A stretch of 38,364 nucleotides of DNA from a virus (lineage: Duplodnaviria > Caudoviricetes). The stretch spans positions 1-38,364 of IMG/VR virus record IMGVR_UViG_3300019874_000015; one strand, given 5' to 3'. Position 1 is the stretch's first letter, and each line of letters begins with the position of its first letter. The notes under the pieces are model-generated. The model worked only from the letters and a program-made list of their open reading frames with translations. It made no database searches and was not told where the DNA came from. A program made the translations under genes and the position numbers. Shown here in pieces: positions 1 to 7,343 of the stretch.

Positions 1-17
1 CTTTTGCTGGTGCAGTA

Positions 18-143
18 TCCACCATTAGCAACGACTAGTGTACCCCCCAAAGTCAAAGTGGATACTGCACCAGCAAAAGTTAACCCTGTGGTTCCACCAA
101 CTATGTTCCAGTTTCCTGCTGTGGGGGATAATGCCCCACCACT
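18..143. repeat. 126-bp terminal direct repeat, left copy (circular assembly overlap)
   Basis: Identical to 38239-38364 (TCCACCATTAGCAACG...GCCCCACCACT); joining the two copies restores one open tail gene. Confidence 0.95.
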
Positions 144-458
144 GTTACCCGTGATTGTCTTGCCAACGGTTGCGCCACCAGTAACAGCAAGAGAGAGGGA
201 GTTAGCTCCAACGACAAATGTAATGGAATTATCAGGAGATGTAAGTGAGGCAAATGCTGGATTAGCACCTCCAGCCCCTAAAAGAACCTGACCATCATTA
301 CCCACTGGAGCTGCAACAAATGCTCCTGCCCCTTGAGCGATGAGGACTCCATGATTGGTTAATCCTGAAAGAGTTCCGATGGATGCAAATGAGGATTGGG
401 AGGTGAGACCTGTCCCTATTAAAGTCTTGCCTGCTGCTGCTGTTCCTACGTTTGCCAT
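18..458 (-). CDS. 5' part of Gly/Thr/Ala-rich tail fibre protein (about 480 aa; continues across the junction to the stop at 37237)
   Basis: ATG at 458 after AAAGGA; open frame MANVGTAAAGKTLIGTG...TLTLGGTLVVANGG is in frame with ORF 37237..38277. Missing from the ORF track because it runs off the contig end. Confidence 0.85.
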
Positions 459-471
459 TTATTTTCCTTTA

Positions 472-957
472 TCAGAATATTTCATATGAACTTCCATTCA
501 TGAGCATGTCCAATGAATCGTATGGATCAGATAGAGTCTGAGAGGCTGCTCCATCTATCAATACGGCCCCACCAACAGTTGTCACTGTTACATTGCTAGC
601 AGAAGCATTTCCTGTCCTATCTTTCACGACAAACTCTCTATACTGAGTTGGAGCATTGGGAAGGAGAATCGTAATCACGCCAGTAGAAGTATCACACGAT
701 ATGAAATAATCCGTTGGAAGAACTGTATATGGTGACATGGCATTTGTCACATTGATATATCCAGTAAGTACTTGAGATATGGTTGCGACTAGATTGTTAC
801 TTCCTGGTGCTTGGGCTGACCACGTTATCCCTGGCTGGTCAATGAGATTGAGGATATTGAGTGCAGGGATTGCATCCCCACCAGTCTGAGTATGGAAGAC
901 TGTAGGCACGCTTGGAGGAGGGGGTCCACTGGCACTATCAATGAAAAACTGACTCAT
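472..957 (-). CDS. tail fibre/spike-associated virion protein
   Basis: C-terminal module PYTVLPTDYFISCDTSTGVITILLPNAP...VVKDRTGNAS...IDGAAS is typical of phage fibre-tip domains; SD AGGAG; lies in the tail cluster. Confidence 0.7.
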   Translation of the reverse strand: MSQFFIDSASGPPPPSVPTVFHTQTGGDAIPALNILNLIDQPGITWSAQAPGSNNLVATISQVLTGYINVTNAMSPYTVLPTDYFISCDTSTGVITILLPNAPTQYREFVVKDRTGNASASNVTVTTVGGAVLIDGAASQTLSDPYDSLDMLMNGSSYEIF

Positions 958-966
958 CTCATTCTC

Positions 967-1308
967 CTAGCGAAAGCCGATTATATAGAGATTTCCTACG
1001 CCTGCCGTACCTTTACCAAAAAGAATTTGCCCTTTCCTGCCACCTAATGTCCCTGCTCCATAAGCAGAATTATCAGCATGGTTGGTTTGCAAATCGATAA
1101 TGATTGTTGCTCCACCAGGGAAAAAGTCATGATCCGTCACACCATCATAGCTAATGTCAATACCTAAAGTACCGTCGTTGTAAATTTTGAGTATTTTGAT
1201 GTCATCAGCAAAGCCAGAACCATTCAGTGTCTGATATGAAGCTGTTAGGGACGCAGTATTGAAAACTGCTCTAGGTATACATTGAAACGAACTTAGATCA
1301 GCACCCAT
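967..1308 (-). CDS. small beta-rich virion protein, function unknown
   Basis: Tightly packed ORF in the minus-strand tail operon. Confidence 0.7.
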   Translation of the reverse strand: MGADLSSFQCIPRAVFNTASLTASYQTLNGSGFADDIKILKIYNDGTLGIDISYDGVTDHDFFPGGATIIIDLQTNHADNSAYGAGTLGGRKGQILFGKGTAGVGNLYIIGFR

Positions 1309-1309
1309 A

Positions 1310-1498
1310 TCATTTCTTCCTTAATTTCCCAAGTGTTTCAGCAAGATTGGCTTGCTTACCAACCTTCCCACCAATCTTCTCGGCTTTCTTGATCTTTGAC
1401 ATGCCTATCTTCTTATCCGAAGGAATACCGAGGGACTTATGAAGTCCCCCTTTTTTGACAGCAGCCGCTATCCAGTTACCCTTCGACTTTTTCTTCAC
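1310..1498 (-). CDS. small Lys-rich basic phage protein (possible DNA-binding or core protein)
   Basis: NWIAAAVKKGGLHKSLGIP..KKI...QANLAETLGKL resembles a recurrent phage basic-protein family; GTG at 1498 preferred over the 1549 start to limit overlap. Confidence 0.7.
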   Translation of the reverse strand: MKKKSKGNWIAAAVKKGGLHKSLGIPSDKKIGMSKIKKAEKIGGKVGKQANLAETLGKLRKK

Positions 1499-1667
1499 AC
1501 TTGCTCTCGTCTTCTTTCTTTTTCGCATCATCAAGAAGTTTTTGTACATTCTTTTGTACTAGCGAAAGAACATCAGACACTTCAGCGAGTGGGGAATCGT
1601 TCTCACAGATAAACTGATAGACCCGTTCACCGATTTTTACGTCAAAAGATGCTTTTGCTTTAAACAT
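1476..1667 (-). CDS. hypothetical protein
   Basis: 63-aa ORF with SD AAAGGG, fills the operon gap. Confidence 0.7.
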   Translation of the reverse strand: MFKAKASFDVKIGERVYQFICENDSPLAEVSDVLSLVQKNVQKLLDDAKKKEDESKCEEKVEG

Positions 1668-1698
1668 TCACATTCCCTTTATATTTCTAGTTCATTAT

Positions 1699-4398
1699 CT
1701 AGTCTAAGACCCAAAATACGAATGTAATATTTGCTGTAGTTGTGGTCAATCCTGTTCCGTTCATTACTGTTATGTTGAATGTTCCAGCTCCTGGTGTGAC
1801 TGCCTGAATAACCGGTCCAGAACCAGTTGTCGCTCCATACATAGATACCATGATATGTGATCCAGCAGAGACTACTGTATTTGTGATTGTAAATACTTGG
1901 GTAGCTGCTGCAGCGATAGATACACCACTAAATATTACAGATCCATGTCGGTTAGAGCACACTTGTGGTGAAGCTCCGGCAGTTACAACAGTAGGAGTGA
2001 CAAGGATACCTCCAACAAGTGATGCGATATCAGGAACAGTCACACCGCTCGATGATACGGATATACCTCTACCAGTACCTGATGCAGTACTTACTGTGAT
2101 ACCTACAGCAGAGCCAGATGCAAGAGATGCTGTTACTGGACCACTAAGAGCAATAGTTGTAGTTACCTGACCAATCGTCACAGCATGAGCAGCTATTCCA
2201 GTTGCAATGTTGACAGCACCGGCACGTGTTGCACCTGATGCAAGCAAGTTGAATGTCTGTGTACCTGCTGTTCCAGCACCACCCATAATGTTTAGGGTAG
2301 TATTGGCACCAGGTGTTGCGCCGCTAAGGATATTGACAACGTTTGCACCAGTATTGGATGCAGCACTCTGAATTGAGATCGTCTGCCCTGTTGCGTTCGT
2401 TGCTTTCCCAAGAGTGATCACCCCAGTCTGGACAGCAGCACCGAGGGAGATTGTTCCCGTGGTCATTGCATTTCCAAGAGAGATAGACCCAGCAAGTTGG
2501 GTATTTCCTATTGCAATAACGTTAGCTCCAGATCCACCAAGTGTGATATCTGTCTGAGCGGATCCTGTACCTACAGATACGGTTTGAGTTGTACCTGTGG
2601 AGTTACCAGTAAGGATGTTAACTGCATATGTACCGGCAGTACCAACACCTGTCATAAGGTTGAAGGTTTGGTTAGCTGCTGGGGTAGCTCCTGCAAGGAT
2701 GCTCACAACGTTAGGACCAGCAATGCTTGACCCGCTATTGATCAGTACTGTCTGACCTGTTGCGTTTGTCGCTCCGCCAACCGTAATCGTACCTGTCCCT
2801 GCTGTACCTCCTAAAGCAATCGTTCCAGAAGTCAAAGCATTACCAATTGCAATCGACCCAGTTGTCTGAGTATTGCCCACCGTAATGACGTTGGCTGCTG
2901 ATCCCCCAATCGCGATCGTTTTAACACCAGTACCACCAGTACCAATATTTATCGCAACAGCGTTCGTTCCAGTGCCTAGGTTGAATGTCTGAGTTCCGCC
3001 GGATGCGTTACCAGAGAAGATGTTAACGGCATGGGTTCCTGCAGATGCAGCACCTGATAGGATATTTACTGTTGAATTTGCTGCCGTTGCTCCAGCGTTG
3101 ATATTAGTTACGTTGGCTCCGGCAGTTCCCCCACCGATGGAAGTAGTAGATGCACCCGCCCCACCTTGGATGATGACTGTAGAGGCTGCAGATGATGATC
3201 CTACTGTGATGGCTGTGGCACTGTTATGAGCACTTCCCCCGATTAGGATAGTGCCCGTTGTCATTCCTAGACCCATAGTTACGCTGCCAAGGGTCTGGAC
3301 ATTGGCAATTTGCAGGGTTGTTGCACCAGATCCACCAGCAATAATCATCGTGCTAGATCCAGAAGATGAACCAAATGTCATCGTTCCAACCTGTGCTGTA
3401 CCACCTATAGTCATAGTGCCAGAGGTTGTGGAAGCACCAATGGTATAGTTGGAAGTTGCAGCACCATCAAGAGCAAAATGACCAGTACCAACAAGGAGAG
3501 ATATACCTGATGTGCTAGAAACCGAACCTAGGGTAAGTACGTTAGATACTGCACCTGTACCAATATTGACAGCTTTAGCTGAACCAGCCCCGCCGGCAAT
3601 ATTTACAGTCGTTGCACCTGTACCTGCTCCAATGGCTACAATATTTGTCCCGGATGAAGATCCAAGAGTGATCGTCCCTGTTTGGGCTGTACCACCAATA
3701 ACCATTGTACCTGTCGTTGTGGAGGCTCCAACTGCATATGTAGAGGTTGCCGCACCATCTAGAGAAAAATTACCAGTACCGACAAGGAGGGAGATGCCAG
3801 CGGCACCAGCAACACTTCCGATCGTAGTTACAATACCGCTACCGTTGCCAATGGTTGTCGTCCCAGTTGATGTAAGAGCTGTAAATGCACCACCAGCGGG
3901 TGTAGTTCCCCCTTGAGCTGGAGGGGCTGCGAAGACAGCCGCAAGGTTTGAAGGGGTGACGAAAAGGGCGAGAGCACCCGTTGAAGCAGTACCTGCTACA
4001 GCTTCAGCATCCGTCGCTAGCTGACCAATACCTGCTGTTGTCGTTGTGGCGACTGGTGCGCCAGCAATGGCGACAGAGTTGACATAAGTATAAACATCAC
4101 TGGAAAGAGGGACAGATCCATTGACAGTACCTGCAGCAAGTTGTGCATAGGTAGAAAGCTGCACAAGACCTGGAGATGTAGTGGTGGCTAAAGCATTGGA
4201 ACCTAGATTCCAAACGCCTGCACCAGTTGTCTCATAAATTACAGGCGGTGATACTGAGCTATCTTGCCATTGTGTTCCAGGGAGTTTGAAATCGTTTATC
4301 GTTGGAGCGCGATTGGCATTGATGTATTCAGGCGTCTGCTGGAAGGAGATGCCGACATAACCCAGTGGGTTAGAAGAAAGTGACGTATTTGTGCTCAT
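1699..4398 (-). CDS. 899-aa Gly/Thr/Ala/Ser-rich repetitive fibre (beta-solenoid-like) virion protein
   Basis: Nearly charge-free middle region, internal duplications (GISLLVGTG.F.LDGAATS x2; GNTQ..GSI..GNA.T.GTI.LG...ATNATGQT x2), ATTT..G..QL anchor motifs near the N-terminus. Confidence 0.85.
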   Translation of the reverse strand: MSTNTSLSSNPLGYVGISFQQTPEYINANRAPTINDFKLPGTQWQDSSVSPPVIYETTGAGVWNLGSNALATTTSPGLVQLSTYAQLAAGTVNGSVPLSSDVYTYVNSVAIAGAPVATTTTAGIGQLATDAEAVAGTASTGALALFVTPSNLAAVFAAPPAQGGTTPAGGAFTALTSTGTTTIGNGSGIVTTIGSVAGAAGISLLVGTGNFSLDGAATSTYAVGASTTTGTMVIGGTAQTGTITLGSSSGTNIVAIGAGTGATTVNIAGGAGSAKAVNIGTGAVSNVLTLGSVSSTSGISLLVGTGHFALDGAATSNYTIGASTTSGTMTIGGTAQVGTMTFGSSSGSSTMIIAGGSGATTLQIANVQTLGSVTMGLGMTTGTILIGGSAHNSATAITVGSSSAASTVIIQGGAGASTTSIGGGTAGANVTNINAGATAANSTVNILSGAASAGTHAVNIFSGNASGGTQTFNLGTGTNAVAINIGTGGTGVKTIAIGGSAANVITVGNTQTTGSIAIGNALTSGTIALGGTAGTGTITVGGATNATGQTVLINSGSSIAGPNVVSILAGATPAANQTFNLMTGVGTAGTYAVNILTGNSTGTTQTVSVGTGSAQTDITLGGSGANVIAIGNTQLAGSISLGNAMTTGTISLGAAVQTGVITLGKATNATGQTISIQSAASNTGANVVNILSGATPGANTTLNIMGGAGTAGTQTFNLLASGATRAGAVNIATGIAAHAVTIGQVTTTIALSGPVTASLASGSAVGITVSTASGTGRGISVSSSGVTVPDIASLVGGILVTPTVVTAGASPQVCSNRHGSVIFSGVSIAAAATQVFTITNTVVSAGSHIMVSMYGATTGSGPVIQAVTPGAGTFNITVMNGTGLTTTTANITFVFWVLD

Positions 4399-4433
4399 GT
4401 GAATGGCCTACTAATATGATTAGATTCAGGGTT

Positions 4434-4492
4434 CACGATGGCGGATCGTACTTACAGCCGACAGTGGATAGAACGACCATCCATTTACGTTC
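4434..4492 (-). ncRNA. two tandem pseudoknot-motif units in the 5' leader of the 899-aa fibre gene
   Basis: GAACGTAAA-TGGATG-GTCGTTC-TATCCA and GGCTGTAAG-TACGAT-CCGCC-ATCGTG; each loop is complementary to its own 5' segment; same layout as 18181-18257. Confidence 0.65.
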
Positions 4493-4498
4493 AAATTT

Positions 4499-4527
4499 AG
4501 ACTATCAAGCCCTCCTTATTTTTGCAA
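4499..4527 (-). promoter_or_regulatory. sigma70-type promoter for the fibre operon
   Basis: TTGCAA-17 nt-TAGTCT with TGn extension; predicted start falls at the first pseudoknot unit. Confidence 0.55.
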
Positions 4528-4542
4528 ATTATCTATCAAATA

Positions 4543-5022
4543 TTATTTCCAACCTCGAAGGATTAGGGTCTCTTCGATCTGGGCAAGGTATGCATCCCAT
4601 GACTCTTCTTTCAACTCCTCATATGTTGAGCTATTTTCCCAGTAATGAAACATACAGTCCAATTTATCTTCAATTGATAGAGAAGTCTTTATCCGATAAT
4701 CTGATTTCCAAAATCCTTTATGCCTATTGTTCCATACAGATACCATGTGTTCAATTGAACATATCCCTTCTGGAAAATGTTCATCCCCATCAAAAATGAA
4801 CTCAATCATTTCTTTTTCGAAGCATGGCTCAAAATATGGATTTTGTCTGATCAGGACATTCCTCATGGCCTGTTTGCGTTGCTCCATCTCCTCAACTTCA
4901 TATCGGTCTTTGGCACTGATATCGCTGATACCTGACACTAGGCCAAGGAGTAGTCCTGCTATCCCCAATGATGCCAATGGGTGATCGGTAATGAAATCGC
5001 CTGTAAGGTCTCTATTGCTCAT
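4543..5022 (-). CDS. hypothetical protein with N-terminal hydrophobic helix
   Basis: 159 aa, SD GAGGA, segment LASLGIAGLLLGLVSGI. Confidence 0.75.
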   Translation of the reverse strand: MSNRDLTGDFITDHPLASLGIAGLLLGLVSGISDISAKDRYEVEEMEQRKQAMRNVLIRQNPYFEPCFEKEMIEFIFDGDEHFPEGICSIEHMVSVWNNRHKGFWKSDYRIKTSLSIEDKLDCMFHYWENSSTYEELKEESWDAYLAQIEETLILRGWK

Positions 5023-5040
5023 CTTATCCTCTTTTTGTTT

Positions 5041-5115
5041 TGGGAATGGTAGGGTTCGAACCTACGACCCGCAAATTATGAGTTTGCCGCTACTAACCAA
5101 CTGAGCTACATTCCC
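5041..5115 (-). tRNA. tRNA with CAT anticodon (Ile2 or elongator Met; not initiator-like); CCA not encoded
   Basis: GGGAATG/CATTCCC acceptor stem, GCAAA-CTCATAA-TTTGC anticodon arm, GTAGG-TTCGAAC-CCTAC T arm, discriminator A. Confidence 0.92.
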
Positions 5116-5121
5116 TTGAAA

Positions 5122-5193
5122 CGCCGAGTGAAGGATTCGAACCTACGGCCAACGCGTTAACAGCGCGCTGCTCTACCACTGAGCTAACTCGAC
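5122..5193 (-). tRNA. tRNA-Asn(GTT); CCA not encoded
   Basis: GTCGAGT/ACTCGGC acceptor stem, GCTC-AGTGGTA-GAGC D arm, CTGTTAA anticodon loop, TTCGAAT T loop, discriminator G. Confidence 0.92.
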
Positions 5194-5561
5194 TTAATAA
5201 AAAACTCTCTGAACATCGACAACGTGATAGCCCTCTTCTGATCTATTTGATGGGATGGGATGAAATAGCATCCCTCGGGACTATCAATAAAGACAACATC
5301 ACACATATTCGGATCGAATGGTTTCTTTTGCGTGTTACCCTTGTTATACCCACCACTCTTGCGAATGTTGACTATATACGAACCACTAGGAGCTTTCGAT
5401 TCGGTATGAAATACCTTTACCTTGTGTATGCTCCCTTTACAATCCCCAATAAGGTCATAAGCAAAACTCCCCTTGATTGGCAAATAAATGTTGTCATATC
5501 TAGGAGATAGGACATGTATCGCTTTGGCCAGGGAAAGGAAGTTTTGGGCTATGAAATCCAT
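5184..5561 (-). CDS. PD-(D/E)XK endonuclease-like protein (I-Ssp6803I/PDDEXK_5-like), probably catalytically degenerate
   Basis: P....AYDLIGD..G.IHKVKV...Y.VNIRKSGG...FD...CDVVFI......YFIP pattern; the expected QVK motif reads KVF; the stop codon overlaps the tRNA-Asn 5' end. Confidence 0.65.
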   Translation of the reverse strand: MDFIAQNFLSLAKAIHVLSPRYDNIYLPIKGSFAYDLIGDCKGSIHKVKVFHTESKAPSGSYIVNIRKSGGYNKGNTQKKPFDPNMCDVVFIDSPEGCYFIPSHQIDQKRAITLSMFREFFIKSS

Positions 5562-5680
5562 TTTATCCTCATTTAGTGGACATCATAGCCACTGCCAGGA
5601 TATATGGTAAGTCCCAAAGATTATTTGACATTTTCATCCCTTTGCGCCAATATGTCGATCGCCACAACTACGGAGGGCAA

Positions 5681-6568
5681 ATGAGTCATGTTCAAAAAGC
5701 CATTAAAGATGGTGAAATAGATCTTCAATTTACACAAATTCCTTGCGCTGTATTAAAAGACGGTACTCGTTTGATAACGACCAAAGGATTGATTAAGGCA
5801 TTAGGAAAAGCTAACTCGGCTGGAGGAAGAGGGACGCTCGTCGCCAAAATACCACCTTTTTTGAATGTCAATGCCCTTAAACCATTTATTGATAGCGATT
5901 TAACCTCTTCGCTCTCACCTATAGAATTCCAAATGACTAATGGAGCTAAGGCTTACGGATACAAAGCAGAAGCATTGCCAAAAATTTGTGAGGTATTTTT
6001 AAACGCAAGAGACTGTGGAGTGCTAACAGAAAAACAATTAAAACATGCTGCTACAGCAGATTTGTTAATGAGAAGTCTCGCAAAAATTGGAATTATTGCC
6101 CTCATTGACGAAGCAACAGGGTATCAAGAATTCAGGGACAAGACAGCACTCCAAGCAATCCTAGATAAATACCTTTCTGCTGAAGCTGCCAAATGGGCGA
6201 AAACATTTCCTGACGGATTTTATTTGGGCCTTTTCCGGTTGAAAAACTGGGATCTTTCTAAAGATCTGAAGAAAAAACCTGGTGTCGTAGCACATTACAC
6301 AAAAGATCTGGTCTACAATCGTCTTGCTCCGGGACTAATGGATTCCCTTGAAGAGAAAAATCCAGTTCAGGAATCTGGAAGAAGAAAAAATTGTCATCAT
6401 CAATTTCTCACCAAAGAACAAGGGCTTACACATCTTAAAGGACATCTTTTTATGGTTCAAAAGATCATGAAAATGTCAAAAAATTGGGAAGATTTTATGG
6501 AGAAAATGGATTCTCTTCTTCCCATATCAACAACAGAAGATATTGAAATTTCGGAAGAAAAATCTTAA
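5681..6568 (+). CDS. P63C-domain protein
   Basis: IPCAVLKDGTRLI, GIIALIDEATGYQ, WAKTFPDGFY and RLAPG..HHQFLT motifs; ATG at 5681 has SD GGAGG and is preferred over the 5576 start. Confidence 0.88.
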   Translation: MSHVQKAIKDGEIDLQFTQIPCAVLKDGTRLITTKGLIKALGKANSAGGRGTLVAKIPPFLNVNALKPFIDSDLTSSLSPIEFQMTNGAKAYGYKAEALPKICEVFLNARDCGVLTEKQLKHAATADLLMRSLAKIGIIALIDEATGYQEFRDKTALQAILDKYLSAEAAKWAKTFPDGFYLGLFRLKNWDLSKDLKKKPGVVAHYTKDLVYNRLAPGLMDSLEEKNPVQESGRRKNCHHQFLTKEQGLTHLKGHLFMVQKIMKMSKNWEDFMEKMDSLLPISTTEDIEISEEKS

Positions 6569-6639
6569 GCCACTCTTTGATAAGGGAATGGGCCATTTTT
6601 TATGATGTCATGGAAGGTGGCCCCGATTGACGGCTGCTT
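6565..6639 (-). pseudogene. orphan diverged copy of the last 24 codons of the upstream KTSC-domain gene
   Basis: Translates KQPSIGATFHDIIKNGPFPYQRVA* versus KSPSLGASMNEFIKKAGFPYQKVA* at the end of 6685..7341; no in-frame start. Confidence 0.75.
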
Positions 6640-6668
6640 GCATACTTACCTCCGAAAGATAAAGCATC

Positions 6669-6686
6669 ACCTAATGTAGGTTTTTT
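6669..6686 (+). terminator. possible weak intrinsic terminator for the P63C gene
   Basis: ACCTA-ATG-TAGGT followed by a T run. Confidence 0.3.
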
Positions 6687-7341
6687 ATGCAACTTTTTGG
6701 TATGGAAATCCGGCTTTTTTAATGAATTCGTTCATGGAGGCACCTAGACTTGGCGATTTATGAATCCACCATTTTCCCCACTTGTTTTGGCCTGATGTTT
6801 TGGCTTGTGCTGCGCCTTGGGAAAATAACTTAAATATGGAAGGTGGGACGCCTTCATATTCATAAACAGGGCCTTGGGCTAACCCTTCATTCCCTTGAAA
6901 TTTAACGATTAGACGCTTGTTCCTTGGATCATATTTGAATCCATAGACATTAGAAGAAGTTAAGTCAGCTCTAGGTATTCCTTCTGGAGATGATTCACCA
7001 TGTGGAACGGTTATCTGATGTTCAAGACGATTTATAGCTTGTTGTACCTGAATTGGATTTCTAGCCAATGCATTTAACTCTGGATCTGGAATTGTCTGAA
7101 GATAGCTTTTAAAAACATTCGGATCTCCACCAGCCAGAATCCAAGCTAAATCAGCAGATTTTGGTATAGGAACAGACGTTGGCTCTTCTATGGGGCGTTG
7201 CTGTGATTCTATGCGGTCAGAATATGAATTGAGTATCTGCGTCAATCTCTCTTGGATTTGTGGGGGGATCTGCTGGCCATTTTTGGACATATCGCCTACA
7301 ATGCCAACAATCTTTCTGATCAATTCAATCGCTTCATCCAC
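6685..7341 (-). CDS. KTSC-domain protein in the DNA-ejection cluster
   Basis: SSNVYGFKYDPRNKRLIVKFQ...YEYEGVPPSIFKLF...SLGA.MNEFIK matches the KTSC pattern. Confidence 0.75.
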   Translation of the reverse strand: MDEAIELIRKIVGIVGDMSKNGQQIPPQIQERLTQILNSYSDRIESQQRPIEEPTSVPIPKSADLAWILAGGDPNVFKSYLQTIPDPELNALARNPIQVQQAINRLEHQITVPHGESSPEGIPRADLTSSNVYGFKYDPRNKRLIVKFQGNEGLAQGPVYEYEGVPPSIFKLFSQGAAQAKTSGQNKWGKWWIHKSPSLGASMNEFIKKAGFPYQKVA

Positions 7342-7343
7342 AT

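Noticed and set aside
1-79. 22-bp inverted repeat (1-22 versus 58-79) suggesting a hairpin telomere or invertible segment
   Set aside because: Bases 1-17 disagree with the sequence preceding the right-hand repeat copy and are simply the reverse complement of nearby sequence at the contig edge. This is typical of a fold-back chimeric read; no protelomerase or invertase is seen.
18-143. Terminal repeat as a biological direct terminal repeat
   Set aside because: It falls in the middle of a tail gene and its 126-bp length is consistent with an assembler overlap; it shows circularity, not physical genome ends.
1850-3916. Several plus-strand ORFs opposite the 899-aa fibre gene (also 4..291 and 37589..37786)
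   Set aside because: Shadow frames produced by Gly/Thr/Ala codon bias; Val/Pro/Ala-rich with no SD or motifs.
1699-4398. Diversity-generating retroelement template/variable repeats in fibre genes
   Set aside because: The repeats are in-frame protein repeats diverged at all bases rather than adenine-specific, and no reverse transcriptase is encoded.
5041-5193. tRNA genes as an attP site
   Set aside because: Both are full-length, there is no duplicated 3' fragment, and no integrase is adjacent.
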